Shown piece after piece: positions 19,426 to 28,391 of a stretch of 64,000 nucleotides of DNA. The notes under the pieces were generated by a model. That model searched no databases and was not told the DNA's origin. It saw only the letters and a program-made list of their open reading frames with translations. The DNA is taken from the NCBI GenBank assembly GCA_964406075.1, contig CAYOQI010000001.1, positions 197,015-261,014 of the forward strand, written 5' to 3'. Source of the DNA: an uncultured Pseudomonadales bacterium. Its GTDB lineage: Bacteria; Patescibacteriota; Microgenomatia; UBA1400; PJMF01. A program made the position numbers and the translations under genes. Position 1 is the first letter of the stretch; each line of letters opens with the position of its first letter.

Positions 19426-19450
19426 TCCCGACACATTCGTGTCGAAGGAT
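19425..19450 (+). repeat. R1-family hairpin repeat, short degenerate copy
   Basis: ATCC-CGACAC-attc-GTGTCG-AA-GGAT. It has the same ATCC...(G)AAGGAT frame as the other R1 copies but lacks the TGTC lead. Confidence 0.5.
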
Positions 19451-19453
19451 GAA

Positions 19454-19512
19454 CCCCACCTCTCGTGTCTGCCAAAGGCAGACTCGAGTTCCTCCCCAGT
19501 AAATGGGGAGGG
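19454..19512 (+). repeat. R2-family structured repeat, the only plus-strand copy
   Basis: CCCCACCTCTC, then GTCTGCC-AAA-GGCAGAC, then CCTCCCC-AGTAAAT-GGGGAGG. Its box and terminal hairpin are near-identical to the copy at 55772-55831. Confidence 0.7.
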
Positions 19513-19554
19513 ATTCCGGCTGAGTTCGGGACAAGAGACCTAGAGACAAGTACT

Positions 19555-19587
19555 GGACACTTTCATATATTGAAGTGTCCGGTTTTG
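19555..19587 (+). terminator. intrinsic terminator
   Basis: GGACACTT / AAGTGTCC stem followed by GGTTTTG. Confidence 0.6.
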
Positions 19588-19681
19588 TATCAGGAGGACG
19601 ATCAATTGAAAAATCACAGAAATATCCTATAATATCGGCAGTGTTCGATTTTCACCCGGAATACCCGGGAAGGAAAAACAG

Positions 19682-19846
19682 ATGAATGACTTTGAAAGAA
19701 ATGAAGAAGCCGAAGAACAGGAAGATGAGGATGATGGCCTCGGTATAGCTGTCACACTCGCCATCATTTTTGGCGGAGCCGCCATCGGTGTGATTTTCCT
19801 CATTTTCATGTGGTTTATAACCAATGGAGGAATTATTCCTTACTAA
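19682..19846 (+). CDS. small membrane protein (54 aa, below the track cutoff)
   Basis: My translation is MNDFERNEEAEEQEDEDDGLGIAVTLAIIFGGAAIGVIFLIFMWFITNGGIIPY. A GGAAGGA tract lies upstream and a terminator follows. The listed antisense ORFs 19627..19824 and 19652..19882 look spurious. Confidence 0.45.
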   Translation: MNDFERNEEAEEQEDEDDGLGIAVTLAIIFGGAAIGVIFLIFMWFITNGGIIPY

Positions 19847-19862
19847 CACCACTACGCCGTAT

Positions 19863-20444
19863 TCATGGCCCGTCGAACACAATCGGCGGGCTTTTTTTTA
19901 ACTCCAGCTCGATTTTATTCACAGGCAACCCAATCGCATTGTCTAGATCCCCTTCGATATGATCGATCAGAAAAGAACCTTTTTCCTGAAATGCATATGC
20001 TCCCGCTTTGTCCAACGGCTCACCGGTCGTCACGTAGTCGATTAATTCCTGCTCACTAACTTGTTTGAAAAATATTTTTGTTTCTTCAGCAAATGAAATA
20101 ATTTTAAAAGGAGATGGAAAAATAATGGTCACACCCGTAATGATGGAGTGCTCAGTCCCGTTCAACTCCTTCAACATTTCTAGCGCTTTGTCAGCAGTAT
20201 GGGGTTTGCCGTAGATTTTTTTATCAAAAACAACAACCGTATCTGCTCCTATTACAACAGATTCCGGAAAGTTATTTACCACAGCTTGTGCTTTGCCATA
20301 GGACAATTTTTTGACCAACTCAAACGGATCACTATCCTGAGTAATCACTTCTTCAAAATCACTGGGTTCGACAGTAAACGGAATGTTTAATTTTCGAAGT
20401 AATTCTTTGCGACGCGGTGAGGTAGAGGCGAGGATGAGGTTCAT
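19863..20444 (-). CDS. maf: Maf-like nucleoside triphosphate pyrophosphatase
   Basis: LILASTSPRRKELL...GADTVV...GKP...AGAYAFQE. Start placed at MNLILAS. The track ORF extends to 20489. Confidence 0.85.
   Translation of the reverse strand: MNLILASTSPRRKELLRKLNIPFTVEPSDFEEVITQDSDPFELVKKLSYGKAQAVVNNFPESVVIGADTVVVFDKKIYGKPHTADKALEMLKELNGTEHSIITGVTIIFPSPFKIISFAEETKIFFKQVSEQELIDYVTTGEPLDKAGAYAFQEKGSFLIDHIEGDLDNAIGLPVNKIELELKKSPPIVFDGP
19868..19899 (+). terminator. intrinsic terminator overlapping the maf 3' end
   Basis: GCCCGTCGA / TCGGCGGGC stem (one G-U pair) followed by a T8 run. Confidence 0.75.
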
Positions 20445-20502
20445 AGTAGTTTTTCCAGTAATGTGTTGATTGTAATGCATCTTATTCAAATTGGGCTAAT
20501 TC

Positions 20503-20531
20503 TTGAGAATTTATCACTATAGGACTATAAT
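20503..20531 (+). promoter_or_regulatory. Near-consensus sigma70-type promoter
   Basis: TTGAGA (20503-20508), a 17-nt spacer, then TATAAT (20526-20531). Confidence 0.6.
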
Positions 20532-20569
20532 GACCCCTTCGTTCGCTAATCCTTAGAAGGAGAAGCAAG

Positions 20570-20662
20570 ATGAAACGAGTTAATTTTTGGATTTTTGTAA
20601 TCATTGTGGTGGGAAGCTTGTTGCTTACTGCCCCACAATGGTTACCAGGGCTTCTGCCGTAG
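20570..20662 (+). CDS. 30-aa hydrophobic peptide (below the track cutoff)
   Basis: My translation is MKRVNFWIFVIIVVGSLLLTAPQWLPGLLP. SD GAAGGAG lies upstream. It has its own promoter and its own terminator. Confidence 0.4.
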   Translation: MKRVNFWIFVIIVVGSLLLTAPQWLPGLLP

Positions 20663-20683
20663 CTCGCCCAATAACCACCTGCT

Positions 20684-20718
20684 CACCTGACGCATTCCGT
20701 CAGGTGGGCACCTTTTTT
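20684..20718 (+). terminator. intrinsic terminator
   Basis: CACCTGACG-cattc-CGTCAGGTG, then GGCACC and a T6 run. Confidence 0.6.
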
Positions 20719-20758
20719 ACCTGACAGATAAAAAAAATAGGTGTACACTAAGGTACAC

Positions 20759-21139
20759 ATGTCTATCGTCGCCTTGATTGATGACAATACAGATTCTCAA
20801 GATATTTATTCTTCTCTACTCAAAGAGGAAGGCTTCACCGTTCTTCAGGCCTTTGATGGCAAAACCGGTTTTCAACTGATCAAAGACAAAAATCCTGACC
20901 TCGTCATTCTCGACATTATGCTTCCTGGCAAAATGAATGGTTTTGATTTCATGGAGATGATGAAGCAAGATGCGAAGCTCAAAAACACTCCGGTGATTGT
21001 GTTAACTAACCTTGATACTGAAGAACAAGTTGCAAAAAACATCGGTGCCAAAGAGTATTTGATCAAATCAAATATGAAGATGGAAGATTTTCTCGAATTG
21101 GTCAAAAAACACGCCAAGAAAAAAGGCTTGTTTGGGTAG
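20759..21139 (+). CDS. single-domain response regulator (CheY-like receiver)
   Basis: VALIDDN...DLVILDIMLPG...VIVLTN...KEYLIK. No output domain. ATG at 20759. Confidence 0.85.
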   Translation: MSIVALIDDNTDSQDIYSSLLKEEGFTVLQAFDGKTGFQLIKDKNPDLVILDIMLPGKMNGFDFMEMMKQDAKLKNTPVIVLTNLDTEEQVAKNIGAKEYLIKSNMKMEDFLELVKKHAKKKGLFG

Positions 21140-21147
21140 AGTGTTAT

Positions 21148-23262
21148 TTACTCTTTATCATACGGCCAGTATTCTTCAAAAAACTGTTGAATCTCTCGTG
21201 ATGAAGTACCGACAGCTTCTCGAAATAACTCAATATCTTCTGGTGCTATCTTATGGATTCGGTCATCATAAATTTTTTGGAACTCCTTTTGACGATTGAG
21301 GATGTATCGTCTGCCCCCTGTATGAAACGACAATAATGCATTGGGTTCATCTTGATACTCAAGTTTTGGTTCTCTATCTAAATAGATCGAATGATTCGTC
21401 TCGAAAAAAGGCTCAAAATTACCATGAAAAGATTCTTCACGACGAAAAGGAAAAAATCCCTTTAACTGAACTGGATAATTGATTTCTAACCTACTCTCAT
21501 AAGATTGCTTATTTTCATCATTAAAGGATTCCTCAATTTCATCTCCATTTTCTTGTTGTTCTTTCCTTAATCTCACTTCGGTTCCTCGTATGACCGCTGT
21601 GAGCAGCAAGTCATACATTCTGGCTTGAATTCCCGGAATGACAGTCGCATTCGGATTTGATTCACTCTTAATTAGAGTACCGATAGCAAAATACCCTGGA
21701 TACACTCTGTCTCTTCCAGAAGCATCTATAGTTGACTGAACTTCTCCATCATAATCAACTGCCGGTACCCCTAAGTATTCATCGATTACCTGCATTCCCA
21801 TACCACGAAGCACATCGGGATCCTGACCATATCCGATCAAGGTGAATAGCTTATGATTTTCAAAAGAAAACTGTCCGTTTGTTTCTGTAGCAACCTCAAG
21901 TGTTTTATCTTCAAGAACTGCGCATTCTTTTACTGAAGAAATAATATTTCCCGCATTCAGAGCATCAAAATATGCTTCCCTAATTTCAGGTAAGTCTCCT
22001 GCCCATTTTGTTAAGTTGGGACGTGAGATATCGCGAAATACTCGATACGACCTACCCTCTATTTCAATGGTCCTGTCCGGATTTTCAAGTGCAAGATTTG
22101 GTATATGGGTCAGCACTTTATACGAAACATCTATTCCTTGTTCTCTAAGCTTTTTTAGCTGAACCAACATTTCTGCTGTACTGTTTCCTAGCCCAATAAA
22201 TACTAATGTCGTACCTGCTTCTACAAATTTTCTGGCTTCATCTTCGGAAATTTGTTGTTGCCATCGTTCACCTGCCTCAGACTTGGTCATATTCATTTGA
22301 ATGTATCCTTCTCGATTGAGAGGGAGTGGACGACTATTACCAATTGCATTAATGATAATATTCGCCTCGATTGTTTTTTCTTTACCACCCTCTTTGTAGC
22401 GAATTATGTGATGAAGGTCTCCTGGAATAACTTCAATAACTGAAGCACGTGTTGGTATGGGTAGATGAGCGCGGGTAAAGAAGTAATTTCGAACTGTAAC
22501 ACGTTGTAAAAAATCAGCGATTGTGAAGCCTGGACCCGGGGCAGCCTCAGCTCTAATACCTTCAAAATCAATTGGAAAAGGATTATTTTTCGACCCATCC
22601 GCTACATTTGCTTGATTCCAAATTCCACCATATTTTCCGTTTTTATCTAAAACCTGAATGTTTCCTGGTTGAAAACCTAACTCAATCAATCCTCTAGTTG
22701 TCATCAGTCCTGCTGCACCACCACCAATCACGACAACTTTGACATCTCTCAAAAAAGGGGATTGCTCTTCTCGTCGAACGTCACCAATTCTAAAGAAAGG
22801 TGTTGCTCCTACTCCACTTTTCTGTCTTCGAGGATCTTTTTTAGAAGTGCTTGTTTTAATCGCTTCATCAATTAAAACATTTTCTTCTGGAGAACCTGTA
22901 TATGAAGGTAAAACTTTCCCTGCCTGCAAAATTTGAATTGCTTCTTCCAAAGCATCATCGACTGCTACCATTGAGTCTTGGTCTTGACGTAAAGCTAAGT
23001 TTGAAAAGAGCTTATGAAGTCCTCCTGACTCTAAAAGCAGTTGCAAAGCCAAAGGGTCATAACCCTTATCAACAAAAGTCCGTGCAATTTCATTAATAAT
23101 AGCTTGTCGTGTTTCCTTAATAATAAATGAGGATTCTAATACCGCAGGAGCATCTCGTTTTACTGTTGCAATAGCGGGACCTGATCGTCTTTCAGTTTCT
23201 TTAGAGGGTAATTTTTCTTTTGGTGCCATATAACCGGATAATTTAAACAGGCAGTATATCAT
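21148..23262 (-). CDS. large FAD/NAD(P)-binding oxidoreductase (flavin-monooxygenase-like core) with long N- and C-terminal extensions
   Basis: VVVIGGGAAGL...GKYGGIW (FAD-binding GxGxxG plus GG-W) and a second dinucleotide site FIGLGNSTAEM. About 180 aa N-terminal and 130 aa C-terminal are unrecognised. The start could instead be the ATG at 23229. Confidence 0.65.
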   Translation of the reverse strand: MIYCLFKLSGYMAPKEKLPSKETERRSGPAIATVKRDAPAVLESSFIIKETRQAIINEIARTFVDKGYDPLALQLLLESGGLHKLFSNLALRQDQDSMVAVDDALEEAIQILQAGKVLPSYTGSPEENVLIDEAIKTSTSKKDPRRQKSGVGATPFFRIGDVRREEQSPFLRDVKVVVIGGGAAGLMTTRGLIELGFQPGNIQVLDKNGKYGGIWNQANVADGSKNNPFPIDFEGIRAEAAPGPGFTIADFLQRVTVRNYFFTRAHLPIPTRASVIEVIPGDLHHIIRYKEGGKEKTIEANIIINAIGNSRPLPLNREGYIQMNMTKSEAGERWQQQISEDEARKFVEAGTTLVFIGLGNSTAEMLVQLKKLREQGIDVSYKVLTHIPNLALENPDRTIEIEGRSYRVFRDISRPNLTKWAGDLPEIREAYFDALNAGNIISSVKECAVLEDKTLEVATETNGQFSFENHKLFTLIGYGQDPDVLRGMGMQVIDEYLGVPAVDYDGEVQSTIDASGRDRVYPGYFAIGTLIKSESNPNATVIPGIQARMYDLLLTAVIRGTEVRLRKEQQENGDEIEESFNDENKQSYESRLEINYPVQLKGFFPFRREESFHGNFEPFFETNHSIYLDREPKLEYQDEPNALLSFHTGGRRYILNRQKEFQKIYDDRIHKIAPEDIELFREAVGTSSREIQQFFEEYWPYDKE

Positions 23263-23334
23263 GTTTCGATTTATCGGGTTATTTAAAAAAAGTTATGAAG
23301 GTAAAACAACGTCAGTTGATATAAAATATTTGAT

Positions 23335-23940
23335 ATGAAAGTTACAGCTGTTCTTGTCATTACGCTTATTGCAGGATTTATTTTTCTCCAACGCATGAAA
23401 ACGTTTGATCAGCGGTATAACACTGATGAAATCGCTCAAGACACTCCTACACCAACAACAATTCCCTGCGTCCCTACCTTTGTCGACGGGGGAGGTCCGT
23501 ACTATTTGCCCGATGCTCCTTTTCGTTCCACACTCAATCCCGAAAACCATCAAGGCCAAGTCCTAAAAGTATCAGGAAAAGTTTTGCTCAATGATTGCGT
23601 CACACCGGCGCCAGAAACAACAATCGATATCTGGCATGCTGATGAAACAGGTGAGTATGTCAACGACTGGTACCGTGGTCAAATTATCACGGATGAACAG
23701 GGGAATTATTCTTTTGAAACAGTCATTCCGAAAGGCTACGGCGAGGGTACCGCCTATCGTCCTCCACATATTCACTTTAAAATTTTTCGCGCAAAACGAG
23801 AGGTTATCACATCACAAATGTTCTTTCCTGACGTGACCGGACGAGAAGGTTTCGACGATGCCTATATCATGAAAACGGAAGAAAAAACTGAAGGTGAAGA
23901 GAAAGTCGTCTACGCAAGTCACAACATCATTCTTCCTTAA
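23335..23940 (+). CDS. intradiol ring-cleavage dioxygenase family protein, membrane-anchored or secreted
   Basis: IDIWHADETGEY and YRPPHIHFKI motifs. N-terminal hydrophobic segment. Confidence 0.75.
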   Translation: MKVTAVLVITLIAGFIFLQRMKTFDQRYNTDEIAQDTPTPTTIPCVPTFVDGGGPYYLPDAPFRSTLNPENHQGQVLKVSGKVLLNDCVTPAPETTIDIWHADETGEYVNDWYRGQIITDEQGNYSFETVIPKGYGEGTAYRPPHIHFKIFRAKREVITSQMFFPDVTGREGFDDAYIMKTEEKTEGEEKVVYASHNIILP

Positions 23941-24635
23941 CTCAACGTCGTTGGAACTACAGTATTTGAGTTGATCACAGCAGAAGCTATTTTTTTCTTA
24001 GGAAAAAAAGTAATCGCTATTTGCAGAATAATTCTTAATACAATCACCGCAATCGCAAACACCGTGAGAACCAACCGAGGCGGTGGAACAGTTTCCATGG
24101 TTGAGAACCACACCTGCCAAATTTCACCTTCAATCATCACTGCTCGAATAATCAATAAAATAAAGGCGATATATCCCATCCGTAAAAGAATTCTCCAAAA
24201 TGTCGCACCTAAAATATGAACCGCTTGTGGATGCGAAATAATGGCCATCATCGTCAAAATCGCCATCGCTCCGAAACCGAGTAGAACTTCCCCATCCAAG
24301 ATGTGTGAGGTTAAACCATTCCCATATTTTTCCGGAAAACGAAACACAAGAGTCAGTGAATACACTAACGCGAAGTAATATCCAACTAGTCCAAGTTGTT
24401 TCCGGTAATGCAATTTGCTGTCTAAAAAATTAAAAAAATAACTCATTCCACTGAGTGCAAATGAAAAACCCAGAAGAAATCCTGCAGTTGCAGCCAAAGA
24501 CTCACTCAAAATCGCTAAATTGATTTGAAACGTTTGAGCATACAAAAGATTGTAAAGAATCATCACAGCAAAAATAATGTCGGCGAGAATACTGACTTTT
24601 AACCAGTGTGGAAGTGTGGCAGAACTAATAAACAT
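23937..24635 (-). CDS. polytopic membrane protein (about 6 TM), function unknown
   Basis: Hydrophobicity pattern only. Confidence 0.55.
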   Translation of the reverse strand: MFISSATLPHWLKVSILADIIFAVMILYNLLYAQTFQINLAILSESLAATAGFLLGFSFALSGMSYFFNFLDSKLHYRKQLGLVGYYFALVYSLTLVFRFPEKYGNGLTSHILDGEVLLGFGAMAILTMMAIISHPQAVHILGATFWRILLRMGYIAFILLIIRAVMIEGEIWQVWFSTMETVPPPRLVLTVFAIAVIVLRIILQIAITFFPKKKIASAVINSNTVVPTTLS

Positions 24636-24685
24636 CTGAGGAGATTGTAATATGAAATCGAGTGAAGAAGAAAGGAAGGAAAAAA

Positions 24686-25462
24686 TTAAGTCTGAAGTAA
24701 TTTTTCCTGCTCCAAATATGCCAGGATGCCATCCGCAATTCCTTGCGCAGAAACATGTGGCTTTTGAACAATGATGGTTCGATCAGAAGCATTGGTCAAA
24801 AATCCGGTCTCGACAATCACCGAGGTCGTCATCGGATGCACTGAGTGCTCATACCGCCAAAACGCAAAGGCGTAGTACCCTCTCATGTTCCGAGAAATGT
24901 TCGGATCTTTTCCAAAATTTGTGGCTTGCTGATACGTGGTTTCAATATGGGCAGTCAAATCATCAGCCTTGCCTGTCAAATCTCTCCATGGTGGAGCCAC
25001 TTTGAATCCTCGGGCACTTCGATCTTCGCTCCCATCAGCGTGAATGGCGATAAAAGCATCTGCCACATAATCTGGTGGAACTGTGGACGGCAAGATATCG
25101 ACGATCACCCCTTCCGCCCGCAGAATCTCTGCGGTCGCTTCCGCAATAGCATGATTGACTTCCCATTCCCACTTGCCTCCACCCGACGCACCTGTGTTTC
25201 CGATCAGCTTTTTCAACTCTTCCGGCAACTCATCATTTTTCCAATGTCCAACTTGCAAACCCACCCGAGCCGGACCTTCCGGTCGTTTCCAATCCTTAAT
25301 CCAGGCATAAGGATTCAAATCTGGCACCTGGTTTTCAGGCTCACCATACGGAGGAGCTCCAGAAATTTCAGGAGTGGGAGCAAAAAACAAGCGTTTGGCT
25401 GCAAAAACAGAAGTGATACCAACCAATAAAAAACTCAGTAGAATGAATCGACGTCTGTGCAT
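24686..25462 (-). CDS. N-acetylmuramoyl-L-alanine amidase (Amidase_3-like)
   Basis: AFIAIHADG...VIVETGFLTNASD pattern. N-terminal TM segment. Start placed at MHRRRFILL. Confidence 0.75.
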   Translation of the reverse strand: MHRRRFILLSFLLVGITSVFAAKRLFFAPTPEISGAPPYGEPENQVPDLNPYAWIKDWKRPEGPARVGLQVGHWKNDELPEELKKLIGNTGASGGGKWEWEVNHAIAEATAEILRAEGVIVDILPSTVPPDYVADAFIAIHADGSEDRSARGFKVAPPWRDLTGKADDLTAHIETTYQQATNFGKDPNISRNMRGYYAFAFWRYEHSVHPMTTSVIVETGFLTNASDRTIIVQKPHVSAQGIADGILAYLEQEKLLQT

Positions 25463-25527
25463 AAACTTTGAAATGCATGTTCTCAAAAATTTCTGAAGAT
25501 TTTCTGAAAATATAAAGAAGAGGACTG

Positions 25528-25791
25528 TTACTTCTTTTTGTTCCCCCATCGCCATTCTGGTTTTTCACCAGTCAAATAGGCAATCCGAATAAATGCGATC
25601 GTGAGCAAAATCATTGGGAGAAAAAAAGTAAACGCTACTTCATTGGGAGGCGATGATTCGTCGATGGTCGACGCAAATAGCATAATCAGAACAACGTACC
25701 CAATGGTAATCGCCCATCCTTGCCAAGCAGCGGGATACCAACCATATCCATAACTTTTGGCTTTGAACCAAAGCTGTTTTTGCGCTTTCAT
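25528..25791 (-). CDS. small membrane protein (87 aa)
   Basis: Two hydrophobic helices. ORF only. Confidence 0.45.
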   Translation of the reverse strand: MKAQKQLWFKAKSYGYGWYPAAWQGWAITIGYVVLIMLFASTIDESSPPNEVAFTFFLPMILLTIAFIRIAYLTGEKPEWRWGNKKK

Positions 25792-25794
25792 ACT

Positions 25795-26130
25795 CTAAGT
25801 ATAAACTTCCTTTTCTAAAAAACTACTGATTTCCGTTTTCAACATCTCCACTAACTCCGGATCCATGTACTGATACTCATCCGGAATATTTAGATTCACT
25901 ATTTTTTTATTTTTTAATACTTCTCTAAATTTTTCTTGTATAAATGCTTGATGTTTTTTTTCCATCACAAAAATCACGTCAGCCCAACCAATATCAGTTG
26001 AATTCACCGTGTGTCGCGCATTGCTGGCAGTTCCGGCAGACCGAACGGAGATGCCAGGAGTTTTTTTGAAAATATGTTCAGCGGTCGGACTCCGCCATTG
26101 ATTGAGCGTGCAAATAAACAGGAGGTTCAT
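25795..26130 (-). CDS. low-molecular-weight phosphotyrosine phosphatase-like protein
   Basis: CX5R(S) loop in LLFICTLNQWRSPTAE. 111 aa. Confidence 0.7.
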   Translation of the reverse strand: MNLLFICTLNQWRSPTAEHIFKKTPGISVRSAGTASNARHTVNSTDIGWADVIFVMEKKHQAFIQEKFREVLKNKKIVNLNIPDEYQYMDPELVEMLKTEISSFLEKEVYT

Positions 26131-26507
26131 AAGACGGATACAATTTTCTTTCTCCCCACATGCCAGCAGACAAAAATGATAAAAACATAGGTAGCTCCAA
26201 TTGTTTGGAAATACTTCAGATAGGTCAGATTTGCCAACGGAACGACAGTAAAAAGATCCAGGAATACATTCAATGTAGTTGCAAACAGACCCGACAAGAT
26301 AACTGATTGAAGAGAGATTGGTGGATATTTTTGAAAAAATAATTGAAACGACACAAACGACGTAATCAGTAAACTCATGATCATCACAAACTTGAACGAA
26401 GAATAGGACACCAGCAACTGACTATTTTGATCATAAAAAAGAAAGCTCAACGCAAATGGGACCAACCAAATGATAAATGCGGTGACCAACAATGGTAAAA
26501 ACTTCAT
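26127..26507 (-). CDS. membrane protein (about 4 TM), function unknown
   Basis: Start placed at MKFLPLLV, downstream of the terminator at 26543-26568. The track ORF extends to 26639. Confidence 0.5.
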   Translation of the reverse strand: MKFLPLLVTAFIIWLVPFALSFLFYDQNSQLLVSYSSFKFVMIMSLLITSFVSFQLFFQKYPPISLQSVILSGLFATTLNVFLDLFTVVPLANLTYLKYFQTIGATYVFIIFVCWHVGRKKIVSVL

Positions 26508-26542
26508 GAAAATAAGTGTAACAGAAAAGTGTGAACAGGTAG

Positions 26543-26568
26543 AAAAAGGGCGACGCAGAGCGTCGCCC
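26543..26568 (-). terminator. intrinsic terminator
   Basis: Minus strand reads GGGCGACG-ctctg-CGTCGCCC followed by TTTTTC. Confidence 0.75.
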
Positions 26569-26580
26569 AATGGTTCAGAG

Positions 26581-26799
26581 TTATTCAATAATATCTGAAT
26601 TTGCAGTTTCGAGTGCATCTGCGACTCGTTCCACATCAACAGATATGTTTTCGTATGCAGTAGCTATGCGTTCTTGAGCATTCGCCAATTTTTCAAGCGA
26701 TATGATAAAGCGCTCAACCCATGATACGACGATAACTGCAACCACAGCAATACATAGAAAAACGATCAACAAGACTATTAAGTCATTGTTATCCCACAT
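26581..26799 (-). CDS. small membrane-anchored protein (72 aa)
   Basis: One TM helix followed by an acidic helical tail. A terminator follows. Confidence 0.45.
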   Translation of the reverse strand: MWDNNDLIVLLIVFLCIAVVAVIVVSWVERFIISLEKLANAQERIATAYENISVDVERVADALETANSDIIE

Positions 26800-26883
26800 G
26801 ATATTTATTTTCTCCTTCTCTTAAATAGAGAAGAATTGTACTATTTTTTTTGAGAAAAATCAACACTATAGGACTCAATTAGC

Positions 26884-26909
26884 AAAAAGGCACTCTCGGG
26901 TAGAGTGCC
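26884..26909 (-). terminator. intrinsic terminator
   Basis: Minus strand reads GGCACTCT-acccg-AGAGTGCC followed by TTTTTGC. Confidence 0.75.
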
Positions 26910-26932
26910 TAATAAAAACAACACGCTTTGTC

Positions 26933-27211
26933 TCACGATTCTGGAGTGACTTCCAGCGTGAAACAAGTGGGTTGTGGGGTTGTTTCAGGCTTGCCTGCCA
27001 CTGCCCAACAAAGTTTCCCTGTATCCGCATCCAAGACGATACTGACACTCATTATCACTGGATCATCCGATACAACATCGTCAGAACTTTCCCCCCTCAA
27101 ACCGTATCCAGTAGACCCAGCGATGAGTGCAGTCAGAACAATTATGCACAGAATGACAATCGTTATGTCCCTAAATTCTCTACGTCGCCCCTTTTTCTCT
27201 TCGTCAGTCAT
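26933..27211 (-). CDS. small membrane-anchored protein (92 aa)
   Basis: Basic N-terminus, one TM helix and a short ectodomain. The plus-strand ORFs 26928..27218 and 26972..27232 are antisense alternatives that I do not favour. Confidence 0.45.
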   Translation of the reverse strand: MTDEEKKGRRREFRDITIVILCIIVLTALIAGSTGYGLRGESSDDVVSDDPVIMSVSIVLDADTGKLCWAVAGKPETTPQPTCFTLEVTPES

Positions 27212-27312
27212 TTCTTAGTCCTCAACTCTTGAGCCGATTTTAGGATCTTATCACCGGACGAATTACCAGTCAAAGAAATTAGGAAAATAAAATTATGAGG
27301 ATAACTGATTGT

Positions 27313-27705
27313 CTACTTCTTCAACACATACAAATCATTTGAACCGTAAATCGTGTAGTATTCTCCATCTTTGCGGGCTCGGACTTTCACCGTTTTGCCC
27401 ACATCATCCGCCCCGACATCACTCTGCCCGACTTCTTCAGGAGCTGGTCGTAATCCTGCCCCGACAATAATGTTGTAGCCCTTCACATTGGCGATACACA
27501 ACGCATCAAAAGCACAATCTGATACAAATCCATCCATCACCCCTTCAAATTCGATGATGTCCGATTGAGGTGAGGATTCAGTCGTGGGAATTGGGGAAGG
27601 AGGAACTTCCATATTTTTGACATTTTTACTCAGTATCCAAGTCAGCAGAATAACGGAACTCAGCAGTATGATGGCAAGAAAAAGAAGTTTTTTTTTTGAA
27701 AGCAT
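27313..27705 (-). CDS. secreted or membrane-anchored protein (130 aa)
   Basis: N-terminal signal/TM segment LLFLAIILLSSVILL. Confidence 0.5.
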   Translation of the reverse strand: MLSKKKLLFLAIILLSSVILLTWILSKNVKNMEVPPSPIPTTESSPQSDIIEFEGVMDGFVSDCAFDALCIANVKGYNIIVGAGLRPAPEEVGQSDVGADDVGKTVKVRARKDGEYYTIYGSNDLYVLKK

Positions 27706-27729
27706 AGAGTCCTTTTTATTTTTTTAAAT

Positions 27730-28314
27730 TTAATATTGTTTATTCCGAAACGACTGAATGAGTAGCGCTTCATCAATTGACTCGGACAAACGAACACTAT
27801 CAGGTGATATCGATGTTCGAACCAGAAAACTGTTTGGCTTATAGTGATCTTGCTCTATTGTAGTGGAAAAAAACCCAACCTGAATAAGATCAGGAACACG
27901 AAGGCGATTCCGTAGTGAACGTGCATTCGTTTTAAGAATCGAACCTTTCACGGTTTCTACACCCATGTCAATTAAATATTGAAAAAGATATGCCAATGCA
28001 AGAGTGATGATTCCTTTTTTTTGAAAAGTTGGATCGTCCTCATCTTCGTACCTTTTTCCCAGTTTTATCGCAGTCCGATTTTCAGCAGTGAGATGTGCGA
28101 TCACCGCAGCCACCTCATTTTCTTCACTCGTCACAATCACTTGAATCTGATCATTAGGAACAAATTTTGCTGTGAAGGTAACTTCCGTATTTTCAATTCG
28201 TACATGCAATCCTTCCTTCAAGGATACAATTAATTCATCTCGCTTTTTTACTTGATCGTCTTTTTCTATTTTTTCAGGATTCAAAACGGTAATGATATGT
28301 GGAACTTCGTTCAT
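27730..28314 (-). CDS. possible GNAT-family acetyltransferase
   Basis: QKKGIITLALAYLFQYL...NARSLR resembles GNAT motif A. This is weak evidence. Start placed at MNEVPHI. Confidence 0.4.
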   Translation of the reverse strand: MNEVPHIITVLNPEKIEKDDQVKKRDELIVSLKEGLHVRIENTEVTFTAKFVPNDQIQVIVTSEENEVAAVIAHLTAENRTAIKLGKRYEDEDDPTFQKKGIITLALAYLFQYLIDMGVETVKGSILKTNARSLRNRLRVPDLIQVGFFSTTIEQDHYKPNSFLVRTSISPDSVRLSESIDEALLIQSFRNKQY

Positions 28315-28391
28315 ATGAGAAAACTTTTGTATGTCGAAATTATAACAATAAAAGCACCTGGCGTTCGTTTCCCTGTTAAAATGAACAGATC

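Noticed and set aside
24845-25429. Long antisense ORFs inside confidently assigned genes: 24845..25429, 47546..47992, 17121..17525, 15351..15725, 44957..45277, 51563..52012, 56674..57081, 61086..61484, 62264..62668 and 63357..63746
   Set aside because: Each lies wholly within, and opposite to, a CDS with clear family motifs. The peptides are Arg/Ser/Cys-rich or low-complexity, as expected for antisense frames of AT-rich genes.
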